This document shows positions 37,546 through 50,874 of a DNA stretch of 64,000 nt, one piece after another. The translations under genes and the position numbers were made by a program. Source of the DNA: Octopus sinensis. Lineage: Eukaryota. The stretch is taken from positions 56,048,001-56,112,000 of the forward strand of contig NC_043009.1 of the NCBI RefSeq assembly GCF_006345805.1, in the 5' to 3' direction. The notes beneath the pieces are model-generated. The model saw only the letters and a program-made list of their open reading frames with translations, searched no databases and had not been told where the DNA came from. Numbering within the stretch: the stretch's first letter is position 1; each line of letters opens with the position of its first letter.

Positions 37546-37772
37546 CCCCAAGAATTATTATTTAAAAGTTTATTTCTGTAAATATTCAGAAGTGATAAGG
37601 TGGTGGTGGAGCAGGGAGTAGGTAGGAAAATGAAAATTCTATTAAAGCAGGAGTTTCTAACCACAGACAGTTTAAGAGAGAAAGATTATTTCATTTGACT
37701 GGGACGTTGTCAGGGAGCCACCGATCTCCTTCATCTAGAGTGTGTATCTAAATGTTGTTCCCTAAGATATCA

Positions 37773-40060
37773 GTCATCTTATTTGTGCTAGTCATGGAGA
37801 TATTACTAAGATCTATCACAAAGACACCAATTAAGAGTTTTTATGGACGACGTTACTGTATTATAAGAAAGTAGAGAAGCAGCAGATGGAACACTAGAGC
37901 GGTTGGACGAACTAGTAGGATGGACGAGAATGAAATTCAAAGCCAAAAAATCTCGAAGCGTGGCTTTCGTGAAAGGAGTCCAAAAAGAAGTGAAATTCAG
38001 GATAGGAGGTGAAGATGTACCAACAGTGAAAGAACAACCAGTAAACAGTCTCGACAGATGGTACAGAGATTTACTAAATGATAAGAAGCAAAGCAAAGAA
38101 ACACACGATTTAGTGGAACAGGGGCTAAAGGCAATTGACAGAACAACATTACCGGTGAAATTCAAATGTTGGATACTGCAAATTGGACTGTACTCGAGGA
38201 TAAAGTGGCCATTGCAAATGTACGAAATAGCCCTGAGTAGAGCAGAAAAGATGGAACAAAGATGCAGTGTGTTTATCAGAAAATGGTTTGGTCACCTAAA
38301 ACCACTGAATACAACTGCACTATATGGAAAACCCGTGCTGCAACTACCGATAACATCAATTGCCGAAGAATATAAGGCAGGAAAGGCAAGGACAGTAATG
38401 ATGCTAAGGTATTCGAAAAATAAGAACATCCGAGAAAACCCTCCAAAGGTACGAACAGGGAGGAAATGGAATGCGGAAGAGGCAGTAAACAGGGCGATCG
38501 GAAAGCTAAGGCACGCCGACATAGTCGGAGCGGCGCAAGAAGCAAGAGCTGGTCTAGGGTTGCACAATTTCAAGCCATTTTGCAAGAGCAGTATAAACGA
38601 GATGAAAGAGGCAGTGGTACACGAAGTGAGAAAGGAGGAAGAAGAAAGGCGAAATGTACATTTGGTGCAATGTAGTCAACAGGGACAGTGCCTAAGATGG
38701 GAGGAATATGTGGTCAGTCGCAGAATCTCATGGAAGGAACTTTGGGCTTGGTCAAGTCTACCTTCGACGTTTTACCTTCATTGGCGAATTTAGTCCGGTG
38801 GAACCTACAAACAACTGGTGAATGTAGATGCGGAGAGAAAGCGACGGTGAGACATGTTCTGTCAAACTGCAGGCTAGCACTAGACATATATACATGGCGT
38901 CACAATCAAGTCCTCGGTGTCATAAGCGCTCAAGAAGATCGAGGGATATAACAGGGGAGAGCACCCCAAAATGGAAAAGCGCGGAAGGATATACTTCCAG
39001 AAGGAGGGAAAAGGACATAAAGCCAGGCCTTCAAATAAGGTACAAGAGACAGACGAAAGATGGAAGGGATACTGGGAGCTGGCCACGGATTTGGAAAGAC
39101 TGTTAATATTTCCATTCATAAAAACAACAAAAAGACCGAACTTAATCCTATGGAACACAGAACGGAAAATTGGAATTTTGCTCGAGCTGACACGGCCATG
39201 AGAAGAGAACATCACTAATGCAAAGCAACGGAAGGAGAAGAGGTATGAGAGATTAATCGAAGAGTGCGGAGAACAGAGATGGACTGTCGAGTATTACTAC
39301 CTGACAATGGGAGCTAGAGGCTTCACTGAAAGGAAAATGGCGACGTTATTTAAAAGAAGGTTTGCATTTTCGAGCTCAGAGCTGGGAAAAGTAATAAGGA
39401 GGATACAGGGGGAAGTCGACAAAGCCAGTTTCTATATATGGCTAAAAAGAGAAGACTCAAAATGGCTCGAAAGCCATAACATGCCGACTGGGAAATACCG
39501 TCGCTAGGTGAGGCTGGTTGGCACTTAAGCAGCATTGCTGATTGACAGGTGGGCCCAGGTAGCGATTTCGTTCATAGCGCGCCCTCCTCCTGGTTTGAAG
39601 GCTTGTACCACTAAACAGCTGGTCGGCTCTGTCTGCTAGAACTGAAACTAACGCGATAATATTGGAAGGCAGGTTTAGAGAGGGCGCGGGCTAAAACTAC
39701 GCGCCCTTCTTCTCCATTGGTCAGTTGAAGCTTAGACAGTTTCACGTGACAGTTAGCTTGTGCTGGCTGTTGGAGCCTACCGACGAGGAAAATCTGGCAG
39801 GATTGGTCATTCGTCCGCTGACATTCGTTGACGCTGCATCGAAGAAACCAAAGATCGAAAGAAAAATGGAGAAAGAAGAAACGCACTCAACATCAGAGCT
39901 GAAGACGCCTCCGAAGGTGGTGGGGAACAAGTCGGAAACAGTAGAGGAGTAGGGGCCGAAAATCGAACGTGGTTCCTCCTGATGATGTCTTTAGCCACTG
40001 GTAGCGAACCCACGAAAAATGGTTGGAATTCCTGACAACTGAGTTAGATGGAATGTAAAT
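37773..40060 (+). mobile_element. 5'-truncated HERO-clade (RLE-type) non-LTR retrotransposon
   Basis: ISVILFVLVME, FMDDVTV, KSRS, knuckle CRCGEKATVRHVLSNC...YTWRHNQVL, RLE KRPNLILW...LLELTRP*EEN; frameshifts; ORF ends 39507; 3' boundary approximate. Confidence 0.88.
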
Positions 40061-40724
40061 AAAGACAAGTGGCTACTTAGATATGTTTCCATAGATTGTT
40101 GACCTAAATTAGGAGACATTTATAGGCAAGATACGTTCTTCCAGCTTCCCCTTCCCCGTTAAGGTTAGAGACGGCTTAAACGCTAAGACATTTTTTTAAA
40201 TACTGCGTTCCTAAATTTATCCAGTTTATTTTCCAGTGTTTTCTTTTGAAAAGGGGTTTCTCTCCCCACTCTTTCTGCCTCACTCCTCACCCTCTCTCTA
40301 TGTCACCCCTCCTTCTCTCTCTCCACGCAGACAAATATTTGGTTGATAAACCATTACTTTTTCCTTTCCTTTCCCCCTTTTTTTTTGTCATAGTATATAC
40401 AAATACATTTGCTAAATAAACAGAAAGGTAAATAAATATTGCACACATATATTTACATACGTCTAATTCACAGCATGTACGCACACGCAATGGGTCAGGA
40501 ACTAAAGAAGGGAGCCTGTGTGTGGTCAATCGAGTTGCTAGAAACAGTAGCTGTATCGCCCTTCAATCATGCCTACTACCTTCTTAAAAAAATGTGTCCT
40601 GACACAGTCAATAATGTAGTTCCTAGATAACCCTAGAAAGATATGATGGTTAATGGAAAAATGCCTTTTATCACAGGTCTGCTGAAAAATGGAATTTCTG
40701 GATTCCTGCTAAAAGAACCCAGAT

Positions 40725-41020
40725 TTTTAATCTTGTATCGTTTGTTTCCGTCATTGGGCTGCGGCCATGGTGGAGCACAGCCTTGGATTTAAGTCAAACA
40801 AACCGATCCCAGCACTTATTTCTTCTTTTAAAGCTTGATACTTATTGTCGGCCTCTTTGCCGAACTGCTAAGTTACGGGAACATAAACAAACCAACACCG
40901 GTTGTTGGGTACAAACACACAAACATATATATATATATATATATAAAGAGAGCTTCTTTCAATTTCCGTCTATCAAATCCACTCAGAAGTTTTTGGTCGG
41001 CCCAGGGGCAATGTTGATCA
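40725..41020 (-). mobile_element. SINE family B fragment, CpG-intact
   Basis: retains consensus CpGs (TGCGGCC, GCCGAAC, TTACGGG, ACCGGTT). Confidence 0.85.
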
Positions 41021-41209
41021 TAGGTGCAGGCAGGGCTGTACATAGTGGAAGCTAAGGGTTGCTACTAAACTGCTATTAGTTCCTTTAATGCAAGCTGTTG
41101 AATTTAGTCCGAACACCCTGAATATGTATATACGTGTGTGTGTGTGTGTGTGCATATATATATAGATAGATAGATAGATATGTATATATACATATCATCA
41201 TCATCAACG

Positions 41210-41640
41210 TTTGTTTCAATCATTAGACTGTGGCCATGTTGGAGCACTGCCTCGAGGAATTTTACCTCAACTAATTGACTTCAGTACTTATTTTCTTCTT
41301 TAAATCTGATACTTCATCTACTGGTCTTGCCAAACTGCTAAATTATGGAGACACTTGTTGTCAAGCAGTAGTGGGGGACAAACACACCCACAAGGCACAA
41401 GGCTATTGCAGAGGACACTTGCCCAAGGTGCTACACAGTGGGACTGAACCTGGAACCATGTGGTTGGGAAGCAAATTTCTTGATGGACATTTTCAGGTTC
41501 TGTCAACCAAATCTACTCACAAGGATTTGGTTGGATCAAAGCAATAGAAGAAAACACTTGCCCAAGGTGCTAAACAGTGGGTTTGAACCTGAAACCATGT
41601 AGCTGGAAAGTAAACTTCTTAACCACACAGCCAGTTCCTA
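41210..41640 (-). mobile_element. SINE family B, CpG-decayed, with duplicated head region
   Basis: CG to TG/CA at consensus positions (TGTGGCC, GCCAAACTGC, TTATGGAG). Confidence 0.8.
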
Positions 41641-41805
41641 TGTCTGTCATCTGTTTACAGCTGTGTGTTAAGTGCTTTAATAAATCACACAAATACAAGC
41701 AATACAACATATGAAGAGAAAAGAGATTTATTTCAAAAGGCTCATCAAAAAAACAAATGAAAATAAAAATTCTAAAGAGAAAATTCTTCCTCCAGGAATG
41801 GCAGT

Positions 41806-41873
41806 TTAGAGTATATTCAACTGAGTTTCCATTAAAATGTGTGGATCAGTCATTGTCTCACTGAATTCATGAG
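41806..41873 (-). CDS. Candidate terminal coding exon of an unidentified gene: (x)HEFSETMTDPHILMETQLNIL*
   Basis: strong acceptor TTCTTTTCTACTTTCAG; stop then AATAAA (about 41727-41732) and ATTAAA (about 41676); sits just inside the CpG-depleted domain. Confidence 0.5.
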
Positions 41874-42105
41874 CTGAAAGTAGAAAAGAAGATAAATAAA
41901 GAGATGAGATGGTAGAATAAATATTAAGGTGTCTCTGTATAAGTGCAGCCACTCAACCTGCTAGAAATAGTTGCCAAAATCTCCCTTATATCACATCTTA
42001 CTATCCTAACAGTGAACACTGAAAAAGGACATATTACATAATCTAATTCCAGAAATATTATGCCTGAAAACACAGATATGATAGTCACAGCTGGAATGCT
42101 TTTAA

Positions 42106-42328
42106 CCCTTTCGTTTCTGTATTTATTTTGAGATGCTCTGTGTTTCTTTCAATTACTTTAAATATAACAAAGAATTTAGTAAAATAACTTGGTTATCATT
42201 AAGCTAGGGTTAGGAACATAAATTGTGACTAAGGTTTAGTGGAAGATTTTAATTCAGAACTTTTGAAAACAATTTTTTTAAATACCACAGAGTCAGAGGT
42301 GGTTTCAGCCAGGTTGGTAACAAAAGGG
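42106..42328. mobile_element. piggyBac-type MITE
   Basis: TTAA|CCCTTT...AAAGGG|TTAA. Confidence 0.85.
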
Positions 42329-43479
42329 TTAATCACAAACCAGCTAGATCAGGGCTGATCTTGTGTTAAAAAACAGCAACAAGAGAAGATAACTAATATA
42401 AGAGCAATATTTATGGTGTTGATGTATAAACCCATTACTATTCAGCTTACTCAGGAAAACATAAATTTTATATTATTTTGAATTAATCAAGCATTTTCTC
42501 ATGGCTTTGAGATTTAGATGATATGGATGTTTATTCCTGGAATGACATTGTAGGGTAGGTATGAAAGGGAAATCTGGCCAGTTTAATTGCTAAAAGTATA
42601 AGCAATGACATTAATGTATAAGGTTTGTATAAAATTAATGTTTTAGCAATGCAGAACAATCTGAGGTAGGGCAGATGCAAAGTAACAGTGAGGGACACTA
42701 CACAGCAAGGTGTGTAAAGATGTGTGTGTACACAATTTTGTAAATGTTGGTGTGGTTATGAAGCAATAGTGACCTTGGAGCATAATAACCTGAACATATT
42801 ACCAGAACAAGTGGAGTTGTAGTGTGTATTTTGGGGTGAAATATCAGGAATTGAAATAAAGAAGTGGGAAGTCAGTAATTGGTATGTGTGTGTGTATGTG
42901 AGAGGGAGAGAGAGAGAAGTGGAGAGGGAATAAGAAAATAAAAATGGATGAAATAAGGAAGGAAACAAAGAAACAAACAATAATAAAGGAAACAAAAGCA
43001 TAGGGGGGAGAGAGATGAAAAGTAATAATGAGGACTGTTAACAAGAAGGAAGTCAGTTGTGCATCAGCAAGAAGAGTTTTCCTGTTGAATAGAAGAGAGG
43101 GAGAGAGAGAGGTGTGTACTGGTCATTATAGTCAAGTAGTTGTTATGGACAGTGGTCAGAAGAAATAAAACCTAGAAAAATAATTAGTTCCTTAAAATAT
43201 CAGCTTCAAGTGTTTCCTATTCTTGGTGCTTGTCATGGCTCGGGTGTCTTTTGGCAACAAATTCACCGCGGGGACAGATTAACTTGAAATAACCAAATAT
43301 TCTTAATCTAAACTGCTGTTTGTAGATTTGTTGACACAGTATTTGCATTGTCACTGATGATGCTGTGACCTTGCATCACTGTTGTCATCGTCATCAGCAT
43401 CACCATTACGTCTGCTAGCATTACCATCACTACCACTTCTATATCACAGTATGGCACCTTGGACACGTGTCCTCTTATG

Positions 43480-43701
43480 TAGTACTTCTCAACCAGGGTC
43501 CATATAAGATTTTGTTCTTAAATCTTATTAGCAATCAATTGGTTATACTTCTACAATTTCTTTTATTCTTTTATTTGTTTGTCATTTGACTGTGGCCATG
43601 CTGGAGCATTGCATTTAGTCGAACAAATCGACCCTAAGACTTATTCTTTGTAAGCCTAGTACTTCTTCTATCAGTCTCTTTTGCCGAACAGACACACAAA
43701 C

Positions 43702-43769
<68 letters not shown>

Positions 43770-44033
43770 TATATATATATTATATATATATACGACAGGT
43801 TTTTTTTTCAGTTTTCATCTACCAAATCCACTCATAAGGCTTTGGTCGACCCAAAGCTATAGTAGAAGACACTTGCCCAAGGTTCCACACAGTGGGACTG
43901 AACCCAGAACCATGTAGTTAATATTATAAAAATATAATACGATTTTTTTTTTTATACAACATGGGTGAGATGGACAGTAGAGTAAAATAGGAATCAAAGG
44001 GGTCCATAGGGGAAAAATGGTTGAGAACCACTG
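43480..44033. mobile_element. hAT MITE (same end as 37040 family) containing a nested SINE B (about 43562-43920)
   Basis: TIR ...GGTTGAGAACCACTG; imperfect 8-bp TSD CTCTTATG/CTCCTGTG. Confidence 0.75.
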
Positions 44034-44319
44034 CTCCTGTGTAACTCAATGACTCGTAAATGGACCTTGGTCAGCTAGAGGATATACAAACTATAATTAA
44101 ATTGTATAGAAGCCTACAGTGTGTGTGTGTGTGCGCATGCATATATATACATTATATATATATATATATATATACACACACATAATGATTCCACTTAGGT
44201 GTACTAATATTAACAAGCTTGTTGGACCTAAATATATGTATAGAGTAGAATAAAGCATTAAGCCAGTACAAAGTGTAATATCAAATAATGGTGGCACATG
44301 AAAAACAACATTCAAGCAT

Positions 44320-44585
44320 GGTCAAGACTGGCTCCTGTGCAGGTAGCACATAAAAAGCACCTTTTGAGCGTGGTCATTGCCAGAACCACCTGACTGGCCC
44401 TTGTGCTGGTGGCACGTAAAAGCACCCACTACACTCTCAGAGTGGTGGGGGTTAGGAAGGGCATCCAGCTGTAGAAACTTTGCCAGATTAGATTGAGCCT
44501 GGTGCAGCCTTCTGGCTCACATTCCTCAGTCAAACTGTCCAACCCATGCCACCATGGAAAGCAGACGTTAAACGATGATGATGAA
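44320..44585 (+). mobile_element. RTE-tail-like SINE 3' fragment with (GAT)n tail
   Basis: GTTAGGAAGGGCATCCAGC...CCCATGCCACCATGGAAAGCAGACGTTAAACGATGATG; related ends near 58030 and 62620-62720. Confidence 0.7.
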
Positions 44586-44641
44586 TGACCAAAAAATTTT
44601 TTAAAAAAGCAGGAATTATACAATCACATTGATTAGCTTAC

Positions 44642-44752
44642 AGCTGTTTGTGTTATAAGAGCTGGGAGCTTTTGTGAAATGGCACTGAAGAAGCCACAAG
44701 ATATTGCATGAGCATTCAGCTCTAAATGCAATGCATCATACAGCAGAAACAA
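44642..44752 (-). CDS. Candidate internal coding exon (phase 0/0): LFLLYDALHLELNAHAISCGFFSAISQKLPALITQTA
   Basis: acceptor TTTACAG, donor GTAAGC, 111 nt, open in only one frame. Confidence 0.55.
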
Positions 44753-45159
44753 CTGTAAACTAGTGAAAGTTGTGTGTGTTGGGGGGGGGGTCATTGTGTG
44801 TGTGTGTGTGTGTGCATGCACATGTATGTGTGTGCATGCAGATGTATGTGTGTGCATATCAGTGTAAATGTTTACATTCTGTCATTGCAATGATGTTTGT
44901 TTACATTCCCTTTCAACAGTATTTGTCTTCTGGCTTTGTATTTTTGAAGATGTGAAATGAAAATAACAAAAGTCCTTTATTGAAAAACAAGTTAAGTAAT
45001 CAGCAATAGAAATGATATCTTGCTATTATAGAACAGTACCTTGATAACATATGTTCATCAAACCTACTAGCATGGAAAAACACATGAAATGAAAGAATGA
45101 ACAAATACATGTAAACAAGTTGGATTTATTTTGAAACCAGGCATTAAGAAATCCATTAA

Positions 45160-45830
45160 TCCTTTCACTGCACATTTCTGTTGAGAAACACAACCTTCGT
45201 TTAAATTAATTTTGAAAATAATAAGCAACTTAGTAAAATAACTTTGTCATAACTTTGTCATTTATTAACCCTCTAGCATTTAACCCTTTAGTGTTCAAAC
45301 CGGCCAAATCTGGCCCAATATATTCTACATGTTTTATATTCAAACTGGTGATATCTGGCCTCTCACTCCTAACCTACAATGCCATTCTGAAAATAAACAA
45401 TCACATCATTGAAACCTCAAAGCTATAAGATAATGCATGATTAATTCAAAACAATTTGAGTGAAAAAGCATTACATTTAACAGAGTATTCTGAACACTAA
45501 AGGGTTAAACTGGCTATATCCAGCCCAAACATTCTACATTTATGTTCAAACTGGTTAGATCTGACCTCTCAAACAATGTCATTCTCAAAATAAATAATCA
45601 CATCACTGAAATCTTAGAACTACAAGATAATGCACGATTAATTCAAAACAATATGAATGAATAAGCATTACTTTTGCCACAGCAATCTGAATGCTAATGG
45701 ATTAAGCTGCTGTTTGAAACACAAATTAAGATGGAATTTTGAGAGAAAATTTAACTCAGATCACTTCAAAACAGGAAAAATTTATATCACCGAATCAAAG
45801 GCAGTCACAGGTTGATTGGAATCAAGAGAG
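45160..45830. mobile_element. Three nested piggyBac-type MITEs
   Basis: outer 45160-45830, middle 45269-45701, inner 45284-45504; each bounded by TTAA; inner TIR 14-bp perfect. Confidence 0.85.
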
Positions 45831-46365
45831 TTAAGGAGAAGTGAATGAAGTTATATGCCTTAGAAACGAAATTAAGATGAAGAGAAAATTACAAATATAA
45901 CTGTACTTTATTTGACCTGGAATCCTACAGACATAAATGGGTGGCCTTCATTTTAAGCTAAAATACATTTACTCCTTCAAAAAGACCATGCCTAATTTTA
46001 TAATTAGATTTTTTTTTTAAATTCTTTTTACTTAGCAAAGAATGTCCACACACACACATACAAATAGCCACAACACACAAAACTTGATGTATACATAGAC
46101 ACGCATACAGAGGATAGTGGAGAGTGTATCATTGCTGCAGGCTAAGTAAGTATGGTGTTTAATCAATGTTCAACATTGAGTGTACTATGCAGCAACGAGA
46201 GGGAGAGAGAGAGAGAGAAAGAAAAACAAACAGACAGAGGGAGAGAGTGAGAAATGGTGAGAGGACCATGTATCACAGTTCAACACACCTCACATGCACA
46301 CACACACACACACACACATATATGAAAGACTGTTATTTAATTAAAGCTAATTGTTACATATTTAC

Positions 46366-46386
46366 CATAAATTCACAACAGCCTAT
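46366..46386 (-). CDS. Candidate 21-nt microexon (IGCCEFM)
   Basis: CAG acceptor (weak pyrimidine tract), donor GTAAAT. Confidence 0.25.
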
Positions 46387-47026
46387 CTGTTACGTCTAAT
46401 AATAAACACACAAAGTTAATCATTAAGGACAAAAAAAGCCAAAAAAAAAAAAAGAAAAAGAAAAACCCACCCTGGGAGAAATAATCTGAATTTAACAATA
46501 AAATATAAAAGAGCGAGATGTGAGCAATTTGAAGTAAAATATAATAATGATATATAATTAGTAGAGAAATTTTGAGGACTAATTAGTGTGTGAAATAAGA
46601 GGAGGATTAAGACTTGATGTAGCTAGGTCAAATTTGCAACAACAGAGAAGATGACAACTATGACAATGATGAAAACAATAACAAGGATGACAAATGATAA
46701 TGACATTGATGATGATAATGACAATGCTATGGTGATGATGATGATGATGACACAAGGCAGGATGGATTAATACTTCTTAGGCTGATAGAAGCCTAATACA
46801 AACATTGACAGTGACATAGTAAGGAGTGACAAAGTAACATAATTCTAGAACTTTACATATTACTTGATGCACAAGACAAGTGCAACAAATTTGCAGTGTA
46901 GTAAGCAAGATATGGGACAGAGAAGAAAAAAAAAAAAGAAGCATATAATGATGAAGGTGGCAGTGGTGTTAGTGGTGGTGGTGATGGAAGAAGGAAAGAG
47001 AGGATGCAGTATATTTAATAGCTTAC

Positions 47027-47058
47027 CGACATGAAAGTATTAAAGTTCACAGAAATGA
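47027..47058 (-). CDS. Candidate 32-nt exon (x-ISVNFNTFMS, phase 1/0)
   Basis: acceptor TACTTTCATCAG, donor GTAAGC. Confidence 0.3.
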
Positions 47059-48047
47059 CTGATGAAAGTACACCACCAGAGGAGTGGAGTCATTATTTAA
47101 AAACAAATTATAACAAAGCTGAAATGAAATTTTGAATCAAACACATGAAGGATCTGAAATCCATGAGTAACTGTTGGAGAAGGTTAGCACCAGAAAATGT
47201 ATAAAACACAAGATGGGTTTGAGGTTCAATCTTAGCATGTGTAACATGAGAAGTTCCTAACAATAAGATTCTGAGTTTTCCTAGAGTGGCCTTTTTTTTT
47301 TGTCTTGGGGAAAAAATTTAGATTTTCATCTGTAAATTAAATTGTTACATGATTTTCCACCACTGGAGACTTTAGAAGATATATTTGTTAAGAATGGCTA
47401 TTAAGTTAGTATCCGGAACATAATTTATCATGAAATAAAGACAGAAGGTACTAAATCTAGATTACTTTAAAACAAGGAATTTTGTATCAAAGAACCAAAG
47501 GTAGAGTCAGATGGAATGATATCAAAACTGTTAATGTCTGTCCTCTGGTGAAATTGATAAAAATCCAAGAAGATAATAATACATAAAACTAAGGTATTAA
47601 AAGTACCTGAGCTGATAAAGCAGGGACAAAATAACTATACCATCGACACACGTAGAAGAAATAAAACAACTAACCTAGCCAAACTGATAAACTCATATGA
47701 CTCTGTAAAGAAAACCCGCACAGAACAGGGTTTATCAAGAGAATATTTTATGGCTTAGTTGAATAGTTAGTTCTATTTTAAAACCCCATTTACCAACATA
47801 ACATACAAAGATACATGCACAGACATACACAGAAAGACATATATTTGCTATATATTTATTACAAGTAACAAAGAAGTGTTTTGTCCATAAAGACAAGAGA
47901 GTATATTTTACATGTATATATACTGAGTGTGAGTGGGGGATTCTTATAAATAATGGAATGTACGGAGTAGGTTGTAGTCTTCTGACCTGTATAAGAAGGC
48001 TGTAATTCTAAATAAGAACAGATTCAGTTTGTAATGATCTGTCTAAC

Positions 48048-48148
48048 CCATACAAGCATAGAAAAGCGAATGTAAACACTTTCCAAAATTAGGAAAATCT
48101 TTGCACAAGAAACTTCAGGTCTGTGCATGACTCCTGTGGTATTTTCAG
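48048..48148 (-). CDS. Candidate exon (phase 1/0): (A)ENTTGVMHRPEVSCAKIFLILESVYIRFSMLVW
   Basis: acceptor TTTTTTTAG, donor GTTAGA, open frame. Confidence 0.4.
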
Positions 48149-48709
48149 CTAAAAAAATAGTGCGTATATAAATACATAAACACACACAGGCACACATGCA
48201 CATATAGGTGTGTGTGTATACACACACATACACAGAAGACAGAAAAAAATGAAAGGATTCTCACCCTTACCATTTTTTTTTATTATCTAAATGACACATG
48301 TTAGCTAAGCAAAAATTTTAATAGATACTTTATTAAAAAAAAAGATTTAAAAAAAAAGGAGAAACATTATTGAAGAGAGTTATTAATTAATGAATAAATA
48401 ATTAGATATCATTATACGTCAGCTATTTTAAGACCTGACATCCAACTATGAAGCAAGACAGAAAAGTAATGACTGCTCAGCTTGAAAGTCACAAAGCCTA
48501 GTGTTTGTACCTAGAATGCATATAACCTATATAAATGAGGCAATTCATCGAAATAATTGGCCTCTATCTCAACCAATAAGGACACACACACACGCATACA
48601 CACATGCACAAACATCTCAGATAAATTAACTTAGAAGCAATTAATCTAGCCTAGATACCAAACTGTGTCAATACTTGTGTGCGCTAAGTAAATGGTAAGC
48701 TAGGATTGT

Positions 48710-48787
48710 TCAGTTTCCATCAACAGTAAATTTTTGATTATCTACTCCATTTTTACTTTCCATAATTGAATAAACAAGGGCTGGTGA
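48710..48787 (-). CDS. Candidate alternative terminal exon (phase 0): SPALVYSIMESKNGVDNQKFTVDGN*
   Basis: very long polypyrimidine tract ending TTTTTTCCAG. Confidence 0.35.
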   Translation of the reverse strand, partial: SPALVYSIMESKNGVDNQKFTVDGN

Positions 48788-48995
48788 CTGGAAAAAACAG
48801 AAAGAGAGAGAAAGAGGAGGGTATTCTAACCTGAATTTAAAAATTTTTCATAAAGGTTGCACCAAGGTATGCTTTAAGGCCCACCAGTCTCTCCCTCAGA
48901 CTTGTGTTGTCAACTCTTTCTCACACACTCATACATACAGTTCCTTTATATACAATCTCATTTCCACAGCAAATGTAGGATCCATTAAACAATCT

Positions 48996-49226
48996 TCTTT
49001 CTTTATTGCCCACAAGGGGCTAAACACAGAGGGGACAAACAAGGACAGACAAAGGGATTAAGTCAATGTTATCGACCCCAGTGTGTAACTGGTACTTAAT
49101 TTATTGACCCCGAAAGGATGAAAGGCAAAGTTGACCTCGGCAGAATTTGAACTCAGAACATAATGGCAGACGAAATACCACTAAGCATTTCGCCCAGTGT
49201 GCTAACATTTCTGCCAGCTCGTCACC
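48996..49226 (-). mobile_element. SINE A monomer with 11-bp TSD, CpG-decayed
   Basis: TSD TTAAACAATCT at 48985-48995 and 49227-49237. Confidence 0.9.
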
Positions 49227-50456
49227 TTAAACAATCTGCAACAGGACTTCTCAACCTAGTTTTACCCAACAGCAGCATTAAAGTAGATGCATTAAACTGC
49301 TGAAGATAACACACTAATAACAGTACTTCTTAACTATTTTGATAACACATACCAGAGTTTCCATGGAGTTTACTGTTTCACTTTGATATCTTCAGTTGGC
49401 TTAATGATCTTTGATAAGGTCATGTTTAAACATTATCTATCTACCAAGCTGAACAAACTATTGCCATATTATAACTTCAAAACTCATGAGGTAATTCAGA
49501 ATCTAAAGTATGTATAATCTGACCAATTGGTCAGTGAGGAAATATGATAAACAGTTATATTCAAGTAGCTGAAAACTGTTGTTATAGTAACAGAATTTAC
49601 AGGAGTGGTGGTGGTGGTGGTGGAAGTGGTGGGTTAAAATACTGATTTCAAATTTTGACACAAGGCCAGAAAGATGGTAATTCAATTATATCAATCCCAG
49701 CAGTGCTCAACTGTTGCTTATTTTTATCAACCACAAAAGGATGAAAGGCAAAGCTGACCTCCACAGAATCTGAACTCAGAATGTAAAAACAAAGTGTCAC
49801 CACACATTCTTCTCATGATGTTAACAATTCTGCGAGCTCGCCACCTTGTGCTGGGTTTAATATATTAACCAAACTGACTCATTGTCATTCAATTTAAAGC
49901 TTATTTTGTACAATAGCATGAGTTTTGTTTCATCACATTGGCCAGAGGCAAGTCTGTATGGATAGAGTTCACTTCATAACCACATAGTTTTCGGTTCTGC
50001 CCAACTGTATGGCACCCAAGGCAATAAGCATTTACTATAACCTAAGACTGACCACAATGCCTTGTGACCGAAACTAACAGAAATTGTACGGAAGTCAGTT
50101 AAATATATTTCTATATCTATGTGTACACACACACACAGACATACACACATGCATGCATGCATGCATGTATATATCTATGTGGGTATGTATGAATGTATGC
50201 ATATAATTATTTACTCTTGTGTGTCTTCACACGATGCTATTTCAGCAAAAATGGTGTTGCTATGTTTATATCTGTAAACAATGTGCCCAGTAGCTCTGCT
50301 ATTTTAACTAGTGGAGACCAGTGGAATAATAATATAATAATAATACTTTATTTGAAATTCTAATAAGGATCAGTGACAGAATACTGTCCCCTATAAGTCC
50401 TTGTTGAACACATACAAGCATGGAAAAAATAAAAATAAACTACAGATGCAAAACTT

Positions 50457-50488
<32 letters not shown>

Positions 50489-50874
50489 AACAAGTTGCAT
50501 AGCAACAAGAATTGCTTCTTGTTTGAGCAGCAATTTGAGTATTAGATGCTTGATGCTTCTTCATCTACAAGTAGATATATTATTACAGCAGCCTTCTAAC
50601 ATGCCACCGTATTTGTCAAGCCATTATATTTTACATTGTGTCAACTAATGACTGTCACAAAAGCAGAGAACTTGTTTGTAACAGTTTTACTCATATTCAT
50701 ATCAAGTGTATTGCTAATTAAACCATAGAAACAGAAGTCATACAATCTCTCTCTCTCTCTCCCCCTCTCATTTCAATTTGGTTTCTGCTGGTCAAAGTAG
50801 CCAATTAACCTTAGTCAACCCAAAAATGTCCTCATCTGCTCAGGATCTACTCTGAATCACTGATTGACACATAC

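Noticed and set aside
39725-39952. Short charged ORF after HERO
   Set aside because: No recognisable domain; most simply part of the 3' region.
39880-40040. Hammerhead in the HERO 3' region (CTGAAGA, CTGATGA)
   Set aside because: Helix II does not abut GAAA, and helices I/III and NUH cannot be formed convincingly.
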